The position numbers and the translations under genes were made by a program. DNA of 64,000 nt from the NCBI GenBank assembly GCA_964574595.1, contig CAZNOF010000005.1, forward strand, positions 49,686 through 113,685, given 5' to 3'. This document shows, in pieces, positions 57,963-64,000 of the stretch. Origin of the DNA: an uncultured Pseudomonadales bacterium. Lineage in GTDB: Bacteria > Patescibacteriota > Microgenomatia > UBA1400 > PJMF01. Below the pieces are notes generated by a model. That model had not been told where the DNA came from and ran no database searches. It worked only from the letters and a program-made list of their open reading frames with translations. How positions within the stretch are numbered: position 1 is the first letter of the stretch; each line of letters starts with the position of its first letter.

Positions 57963-58952
57963 TTAGTGTGTAATGATCTGAATGGCAACTTGGTTGCCAG
58001 TTACCTGGAGTGAAACGGTGCCGCCAATTGGAAGTGTGACTTTGGGATCTGTATGACCAAAATCAACATTTCCAACAACTGGAATATCTTTGAGTGCTTT
58101 TTTACCGGCAAGAATTTTCTGTAACAAGTCTTGTGTCAGGTTGCTTTTTTTCTGGAATCTGCCGATAACGATCCCTTTGACTTCAGCAAAATCTGCTAGA
58201 TGGATAAGTGACTGTAAATCACGATCTAAATGGTGAGGTAAGGTTTCCAAGTCGTCTTCCAAAAAGAGAATTGAACCTTTCAAACTTGGCATGTACGGAG
58301 TGCCTTGGAGCAGGTTGAGTGTACCTAAATTTCCGCCTAGTAAGACACCTTCTGCCTTTCCCTCGTTGAATATCCAATACCCGGGATTCGGTACTAAGGT
58401 TCTAGCTTGCTGATTGATGAACCACTCATCGTCAGACCAATTTTCGGCTGGCTTAAGATCATAAGGAGCATCTGCCATCAGACATTTCTGAAAATATTCT
58501 AGGGTATAGTCAAAATAGAGATCTTGGCCAAAAGTAGAGTAGTGAGGTCCGTAATAGGTCACTAGGCCAGTCTTCGCATAAATCGAATCAAGCAGAATAG
58601 TCACGTCAGAGTAGCCGCAGACAATTTTAGGATTTTGCTTGATCAGCTCCCAGTCAATTTCATCAATCAGCTGGTTACTGTTGAAGCCACCAATCATCGT
58701 CAAAATAGCCTTTACTCCTGGATCTGCAAAAGCTGCGTGGAGGTCGGCTAACCGTGATTCTTTTGAAGATGATCTGAATTCATTTTTTTCTTCTAGATGG
58801 TCAGAAAAACTGACGGTTAAACCTAATTCTTGAAAGCGTCTGGCAGCAATAGCTCTCGTTTCAGGGCTAATGATCGAGCCAGTTTGTGAAGGGGCGATGA
58901 CTCGGACGTGGTCACCTTTTTGTAATTTGGGAGGAAAAATTGCTGTCATCAA
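57963..58952 (-). CDS. ldcA: LD-carboxypeptidase (peptidase S66, muramoyl-tetrapeptide carboxypeptidase-like)
   Basis: N-terminal GDHVRVIAPS and the Ser-nucleophile motif CGYSDVTILL, with a C-terminal His/Glu region. Confidence 0.7.
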   Translation of the reverse strand: MMTAIFPPKLQKGDHVRVIAPSQTGSIISPETRAIAARRFQELGLTVSFSDHLEEKNEFRSSSKESRLADLHAAFADPGVKAILTMIGGFNSNQLIDEIDWELIKQNPKIVCGYSDVTILLDSIYAKTGLVTYYGPHYSTFGQDLYFDYTLEYFQKCLMADAPYDLKPAENWSDDEWFINQQARTLVPNPGYWIFNEGKAEGVLLGGNLGTLNLLQGTPYMPSLKGSILFLEDDLETLPHHLDRDLQSLIHLADFAEVKGIVIGRFQKKSNLTQDLLQKILAGKKALKDIPVVGNVDFGHTDPKVTLPIGGTVSLQVTGNQVAIQIITH

Positions 58953-59143
58953 GCCTCGAGATATCTAGAGAAATATAGAAAAAGTATAGCATATCAAGTC
59001 TTTGCTCAAGAAAGTGATATAATATCCGCTTGCTGTGAAGAGCAAAAGTGGCGATGTAGGAAGACAAAAGCATCTTCCGCATTTTAAATGAACGCTCTTT
59101 CCATGGTGAATAACGTCAAAGTCCGATAGATTGAGGTGATCAA

Positions 59144-59401
59144 ATGTCCACGAATAGTGTTCCGTTAGATCAGGTTCAGTTGTCAGATGAAGATCGGGAT
59201 CGACTCGATCAGTTGCTCCAGATGGTGCAGCAGGCAATTACCCCGCCAGAAAAACTGACTGAGCGTGGGCCAATGTCCGTTGCAATTTTGGCCAATTCAT
59301 TGTGGGGGATCGCTATGATGGCGAGCGCGGTGGCGGCGAAGTATGGCGTACCATCGCTGGTCGTGAACCAGTACCCCACGCCTTTGGAAGTACGCGGGTA
59401 A
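59144..59401 (+). CDS. Hypothetical small protein (85 aa)
   Basis: The ORF is followed by a strong terminator. No motif was recognised. Confidence 0.35.
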   Translation: MSTNSVPLDQVQLSDEDRDRLDQLLQMVQQAITPPEKLTERGPMSVAILANSLWGIAMMASAVAAKYGVPSLVVNQYPTPLEVRG

Positions 59402-59443
59402 CTCCGTCAGGTCCATAGGTCCATCCATATCCATTGCAGCAAG

Positions 59444-59474
59444 GCGACATTCTTTTGAGTGTCGCTTTTTTTTG
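59444..59474 (+). terminator. Rho-independent terminator
   Basis: The gcgaca...tgtcgc stem is followed by eight T. Confidence 0.55.
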
Positions 59475-59501
59475 CCTATTTAGGATCTTTGCTCTGGAAA
59501 T

Positions 59502-59536
59502 AAAAAGCCCTGTCCACGGATGAACAGGGTTTTTAG
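59502..59536. terminator. Bidirectional terminator
   Basis: aaaaa-gccctgt-ccacggatga-acagggt-tttt. The A-run and T-run flank a 6-7-bp stem. Confidence 0.5.
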
Positions 59537-59553
59537 AATTGGGTCAGCAGTAG

Positions 59554-59865
59554 CTAGTCAGTTGTATCGTCCAGCGGGTTTACCCGCGAGAATATGGTTC
59601 TCACATCAAGATCCACCAACTGATTTGCGTCTAACCCGTACTTGCTACACAGCTCAGCGAGCCGTGGGCTGGTGTGGTCTGTTTTGACAAGGTTGACCGC
59701 CTCAATCAACTCGGACATGCCGGTGAAGAAGCTCTCTGTATCTTGTTCAAAAACAGCTTGGAGCTTGCCCCAGCCATGAGCTCCAAAGTCTGAAACAACC
59801 ATCACGGTTATCCCAGGACTCAAATGGACGCCGTGCAGTAACATGGTAATTACCTCTTTCACCAT
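59554..59865 (-). CDS. Hypothetical protein (103 aa)
   Basis: ORF only, with a terminator downstream. Confidence 0.35.
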   Translation of the reverse strand: MVKEVITMLLHGVHLSPGITVMVVSDFGAHGWGKLQAVFEQDTESFFTGMSELIEAVNLVKTDHTSPRLAELCSKYGLDANQLVDLDVRTIFSRVNPLDDTTD

Positions 59866-59868
59866 TTT

Positions 59869-61305
59869 GTGCGGACGGTAAGCGCTATTGTAGCACTAGA
59901 GAGATATATTACGTGTCACAAGTCATCGCGGGTGTATGATGACTCAATGAGTCGTCAATTAGAAGGCTACTCCACCGTTATTGGAGCACATTTATACAAC
60001 CCACGCCGTGATGCTGCTCACCAGCGATTAGCGCAAATCTCGACTGATCCAATGGGAGTTAAGTGGAATGAAGTCATTGCCCGAGAGTGTTACACCAAGT
60101 TGTTGGCGGCTAGGACGATTGATGCGGCTTCCTTTGATTGTTATGCCACACTCAGAACTGAGTTAGGGATTATTGCCCCAGAGCACGCTGGCTATCTTAA
60201 AGAGGCCATGAGAGCTAGAGGTGTAGGTGATCCGTATTTGCATGTTTTGCTTCCGGATCTTTCTGAGCAAGACCAAGTCATTTTACTGAATGCTGGTAAA
60301 GTGCAGTTTGAGCAAGAAGCTGGTGCTGCTCCGCAATTTTTGTGGGTAGCCGAAACAGCTTTGAGTACCTCTGTCCTAAAGTCGGCACTGAAGGTAGGGT
60401 ATAAGGGAATCTTGTGTGCCCCTGAACAAATCATTGCTAATCAGTTTCCCGATAATCACCCCGTTAGAGTGGATATTCCTGATATGGGTCAAATTTTACT
60501 GCTGCCTTTTGATCGACCTGCTTCATCGCGAATTGCTTTTGATCCCAAAGTTGATGCCGATGCATATGCTAGGGAAGCCTTGTCTGGCTCGATTTTAAAT
60601 CTGACTAAGTCATTACCAGCAATTGTCTGGACAGATGGAGAAACATTTGGCCACCATTTTCATGACGCAGATCAGTTTCTAGATTATCTGGTCAAATCTG
60701 CTTTACCTAACCTGGGTGCCAGTGTGCTCGGTATCAATCAATTGCCTGAAGTTTGGGAAGAGCAGGACTATTTACACGGGACACTTCGAGAGCGCACTGC
60801 TTGGAGCTGTCCTCATGGTGAGCTAGCTAGGTGGCATGGGGTATGTGGATGCCAGGATGGATATAACGGAGCCTGGAAGGAGCCATTTTATGGTGCTTTG
60901 CTGAGTTTGAATAACGCAGTCACCGAACTGTTAAATCAACATCTGCCTCCAGGTTGGGATAAGAAGTTAAGTGACAATTTTGACGAATGCTTTAACTATC
61001 CTGGCTCTGAAAATAATCTGAGTTCACTCTATGCTGCCAAGGCATCTTCCCTTGGAGCGATGATTAGTTGTGGGACTTTCTTTGGTAGCCCTCTGACATC
61101 TGGGAAAATTAATGTGCTTTTTGTTCGGCAAACACTCGAACATATCAAGGATGCGCAGTTCAAAAATGAAGCAGATCAACTGTTACGCGGTTTCATTCAG
61201 CAGATTGCTCACGGATACGACCAATTTTCAGGTCAGACGTTAGATCAAGTTTTTGCCGATCTCTTAGCCGAAGATTTGCCTGCTGGACAGCAACTGCCTG
61301 CGTAG
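59869..61305 (+). CDS. Glycoside hydrolase family 57-like / DUF3536-like protein (low confidence)
   Basis: The N-terminal VIGAHLYNPRRD resembles the GH57 hxGxHhYQPPRE signature. An internal ATG at 59947 may be the true start. Confidence 0.35.
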   Translation: MRTVSAIVALERYITCHKSSRVYDDSMSRQLEGYSTVIGAHLYNPRRDAAHQRLAQISTDPMGVKWNEVIARECYTKLLAARTIDAASFDCYATLRTELGIIAPEHAGYLKEAMRARGVGDPYLHVLLPDLSEQDQVILLNAGKVQFEQEAGAAPQFLWVAETALSTSVLKSALKVGYKGILCAPEQIIANQFPDNHPVRVDIPDMGQILLLPFDRPASSRIAFDPKVDADAYAREALSGSILNLTKSLPAIVWTDGETFGHHFHDADQFLDYLVKSALPNLGASVLGINQLPEVWEEQDYLHGTLRERTAWSCPHGELARWHGVCGCQDGYNGAWKEPFYGALLSLNNAVTELLNQHLPPGWDKKLSDNFDECFNYPGSENNLSSLYAAKASSLGAMISCGTFFGSPLTSGKINVLFVRQTLEHIKDAQFKNEADQLLRGFIQQIAHGYDQFSGQTLDQVFADLLAEDLPAGQQLPA

Positions 61306-61311
61306 AGGAGA

Positions 61312-61668
61312 ATGAGTCATATGAAAAAAGCCGTTCTTGTACAAGTTTTATTAATTGTGGGCATTGTTACTCTTGGCTTGTTTCTGAAGATCAACCCAAT
61401 TAACGGCCCCCGCATGCTCCATAAGCTCTTTGGATTTATTGCTGGCTTGGTGGGTATTTATACTTCATTCCTCGCCTACAAAGAAAAACATCCTAAAAAT
61501 GTCCAAATCTTCGCGTATGCCACTGTTTTATTGACGTTGAGTGCTGGAATTGGCGGAAGCTTACTCTACCGGATTCCAAATTATACGTTGGCTTACGGGT
61601 TAATGGTTGGTTCTGCCACCCTCGCGTTGATTACGGGTTTTACTTTGCTTCTGAAGGTGAAGAAGTAG
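61312..61668 (+). CDS. Small membrane protein (118 aa, 4 TM)
   Basis: Four hydrophobic segments. Confidence 0.45.
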   Translation: MSHMKKAVLVQVLLIVGIVTLGLFLKINPINGPRMLHKLFGFIAGLVGIYTSFLAYKEKHPKNVQIFAYATVLLTLSAGIGGSLLYRIPNYTLAYGLMVGSATLALITGFTLLLKVKK

Positions 61669-61978
61669 TTGCTACTTTTTTTACGCTTACCTCTTTATTG
61701 ATACATGCCATTTTATAAACGAATACCATAAAAGATAAGTTTAGTACACAAATCCCTATTATAGATGTAAGAAAGAAGCTGTATTCTTTTGTTGTTTCAG
61801 ATGATTCGAACCTCTTGATGAGATTCGTAAATGAAAAGTTCACAAGCAAAAAGAGAAATACCCATCTAAAAAAACTGTTAGTAATAACGTTCTTGCACAA
61901 AATGTAAATTCCGCCAAAGATCGATTCACACCACTTTATTAGATCATTATTTTTTTGGTTTTCCATTTTTTCCTCCAC
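61640..61978 (-). CDS. Small membrane protein (112 aa) encoded in AT-rich DNA; its start lies inside the 3' end of the KAP NTPase gene
   Basis: Two TM segments (WVFLFLLVNFSF; IIGICVLNLSFMVFVY). It overlaps the upstream same-strand gene by 32 nt. Confidence 0.35.
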   Translation of the reverse strand: MEEKMENQKNNDLIKWCESIFGGIYILCKNVITNSFFRWVFLFLLVNFSFTNLIKRFESSETTKEYSFFLTSIIGICVLNLSFMVFVYKMACINKEVSVKKVATTSSPSEAK

Positions 61979-64000
61979 TATTTAGTAGCGTTATGTAGTT
62001 TGTTAACGGTGATCGTTCAGTACCTGTAAAGAAATTTCTTGCTATCGAGATTTTGGACGTAATATATGACCTTCTTAGCGAGTATATTGAAACAAGATCA
62101 GGACTCCGATTTAGTAAGACTGACTTATACTTTTTAGAGAAGACGGACGACTCTGAAAAAAGCAAAAATACTTTCTCTAATAGAAAAATAGTTAAGTTAT
62201 TATCTTTAGACAGAAATGATGTTTTCCAGCATTTATTAAAGAACAAGTAAAATTCATCATTACTGGAATATAGATCATCCTTTTCAAACATCTTTTTGAG
62301 GTCATCACTACTTATGGAAATTTCATCACTTAAATATTGCTCTACTAATACTTCAAGGTTTTCAAAATCTTGTTTGTCGAAGAGTACTAGAATCAGGTCA
62401 GAAACTAGTGATTCGTAATTTTTTACGACGCTTAATAGTAAGTCTGCGGTAAACTTATAGTCTTCAACGTTTTCCTGTTTATTAATTCCCTGGAGGAATA
62501 GTAGCGCTCGATTGAAAACTGTGATCGTAATAGGGTTGATGCTCTCAGCCTGCAGAAGAGAAAGACTGCCAATCAGTTTCAGTGCTCGATAATTGGTTTG
62601 GTATTCACTTCCATTTTTGCCGCTAGGAAGGCTTTCAGATAGGAATCCAATAAGAGTATTTTTTGATTTAAGCTGATAAAACTCCTCCTTTTTAAATAGA
62701 GAAAATAGCCATTCAGCTTTATCAAAGTTGTGCGGTAGTGAAACGTCGCCTGTTAGGAAATTTTTCCAGAAATTAGGGTTGTCAGCTTTAATTGCCTTTT
62801 TATAGAACTTTTCTTTAAACCCATTTTCATCTGTCCAAGTTATCAATGTGGTAGTCGCGGTTTCAACACTCTCAAAAAGAGCAATAAGGGATTCACATAA
62901 AGTCAATTTTGAAGTGAGGCTGTTGTATTCTTTTTTATCCTGTATTTCAATGCAGAACCTAATTCTATTCCTAAGTTTATAAATGTCCTCAACTGCACCA
63001 GTCTTTTCGTTACTATTTTTTACCGCCAGTCTAATAAAACCTAATAGTTCCTGAATCATTAATTCCGAATGTTCAATGTCAGCTTGAAGATCACCATATG
63101 CTAAATCATAATTTACCCCGGCATGCTCAATAAAAGCCTCAGTATTTACCTCTTTCCCTTCTACTATAGAAACTTGCTGCAAGTACCACATCAAGCCTCC
63201 CTGTATCTGTGTAGTATCATGGGATTTAACTGGTGATGTAAGGACTGACCAGCATTGACGGCATTTTTCTTCAATTTGAGCCTTCTTCTTAACTAATGAA
63301 TGTTTATCTTCATCATTTTCTGTCACAGGGAGTTCACTTACGGATTGATTTTTTGTGTTGCTAACGACCCCTAATTGCGTCTCTATAATTTTATCAACGA
63401 TAGATCTAAATTCGCCATAATTCGCATGTTCAAGAGACTTGAAATGGGTCATGTCTCCTGTGAGTAGGTTTCTTAGTTCGTCGAAAAAAGGTAAGTAGAT
63501 CTCAGCAATCATGATAAATTTTAGGAGAAATATTTTGTTTTCAAATTTTGAAATTAACAATGAGTATTCTGATTTTGTTTGTTCATTTTCGTAAAGTAAA
63601 TTTAGCAAAAATAGGAGCCTTCTAAAGTAGTATTTAATTTTTCTAGGGTTAGGCTTAATTCTACAAATTGCTGCGAAATTCTCCCTTTCTTTTTCCTCCA
63701 TTAAGTAGTTTGATGAAATACTTAGATTTGTCAAAAGAGTTTTAATCTCAGAGTCAGTGATGTAAGGAACGTTCCAATCAAGCTGAATAATCTTTCTCAA
63801 GAAGTCAGGTTCATCTTGATTTGCTAATTTTCTAAGTTGTGTCATATCGGCAGCAATTACAAAATAGACCTTTTCATGTTCGAGAAAAGTCTTCATTGAT
63901 GTTAAAAACTCTTTCACCTCACTTGGGTCGCAGCGGTCAATATCATCAATAAACACAACAAGCTTATTTAGTTTAATGTTTCTTAAAAGAAAGCCGTAAA
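61947..64000 (-). CDS. KAP-family P-loop NTPase, partial; the N-terminus with the Walker A lies beyond the window end
   Basis: The FIDDIDRC (hhhhDDLDRC) Walker-B-region motif characteristic of KAP NTPases. Hand translation shows the frame stays open upstream of the listed Met all the way to position 64000 (...YGFLLRNIKLNKLVVMFIDDIDRC). The DNA is AT-rich (~30% GC) versus ~42% background. Confidence 0.55.
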   Translation of the reverse strand, partial: YGFLLRNIKLNKLVVFIDDIDRCDPSEVKEFLTSMKTFLEHEKVYFVIAADMTQLRKLANQDEPDFLRKIIQLDWNVPYITDSEIKTLLTNLSISSNYLMEEKERENFAAICRIKPNPRKIKYYFRRLLFLLNLLYENEQTKSEYSLLISKFENKIFLLKFIMIAEIYLPFFDELRNLLTGDMTHFKSLEHANYGEFRSIVDKIIETQLGVVSNTKNQSVSELPVTENDEDKHSLVKKKAQIEEKCRQCWSVLTSPVKSHDTTQIQGGLMWYLQQVSIVEGKEVNTEAFIEHAGVNYDLAYGDLQADIEHSELMIQELLGFIRLAVKNSNEKTGAVEDIYKLRNRIRFCIEIQDKKEYNSLTSKLTLCESLIALFESVETATTTLITWTDENGFKEKFYKKAIKADNPNFWKNFLTGDVSLPHNFDKAEWLFSLFKKEEFYQLKSKNTLIGFLSESLPSGKNGSEYQTNYRALKLIGSLSLLQAESINPITITVFNRALLFLQGINKQENVEDYKFTADLLLSVVKNYESLVSDLILVLFDKQDFENLEVLVEQYLSDEISISSDDLKKMFEKDDLYSSNDEFYLFFNKCWKTSFLSKDNNLTIFLLEKVFLLFSESSVFSKKYKSVLLNRSPDLVSIYSLRRSYITSKISIARNFFTGTERSPLTNYITLLNSGGKNGKPKK

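Noticed and set aside
1-64000. CRISPR arrays, rRNA genes, integrases, transposases and reverse transcriptases
   Set aside because: No run of regularly spaced direct repeats and no recognisable Cas, integrase, transposase or RT motifs (YxDD, DDE, tyrosine-recombinase R-H-R-Y) were seen in any ORF. The only RNA gene recognised is tRNA-Pro.

Overview
The window looks like a low-GC (~40-43%), reduced, Gram-positive-type genome, possibly Patescibacteria/CPR or Saccharibacteria-like. That placement is an inference from gene content. It uses the standard genetic code: RF2 (prfB) is present and TGA is used as a stop.

Positions 1-19107 are almost entirely minus-strand housekeeping genes: a pcsB/envC-like hydrolase, ftsX, ftsE, prfB, a PPIase, murF, ddl, secG, rny and recA. 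A tRNA-Pro(GGG) sits at 19259-19332 and is followed by three GC-richer hypothetical genes.

The rest of the window carries core translation and repair genes: argS, gltX, metG, tandem class IIb AspRS/AsnRS, tatD, rmuC, ldcA, and a UvrD-type helicase fused to a RecB-family nuclease.

The most striking accessory content is two lipid-carrier-dependent envelope glycosylation operons.
- 30947-38248 encodes a GT39/PMT-like GT-C enzyme, a UbiA-family polyprenyl-phosphate phosphoribosyltransferase that is DPPR-synthase-like, a MraY/WecA GT4, an ArnT-like GT-C and a membrane GT2.
- 44483-50350 encodes an epimerase, a split transketolase, a Dpm1/GtrB-like GT2, a large GT-C-like membrane protein and a methyltransferase.
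- Secreted proteins in the window carry Thr/Pro-rich linkers, which are candidate O-glycosylation substrates.

Other notable items:
- FtsE carries a ~115-aa Lys/Glu-rich C-terminal tail.
- The last ~2.3 kb is AT-rich and holds a KAP-family P-loop NTPase that runs off the window edge.
- A GC-rich two-gene island at ~1700-3500 is followed by a ~600-nt non-coding stretch.
- A lipoprotein carries a cytochrome-b5-like domain.
- A perfect palindrome overlaps a -10 box at 52843-52866.
- A 13-bp inverted repeat brackets ~120 nt upstream of rny.

No CRISPR array, rRNA, integrase, transposase or reverse transcriptase was recognised. A gene running off the window start (1-495, minus strand) was recovered by hand translation.
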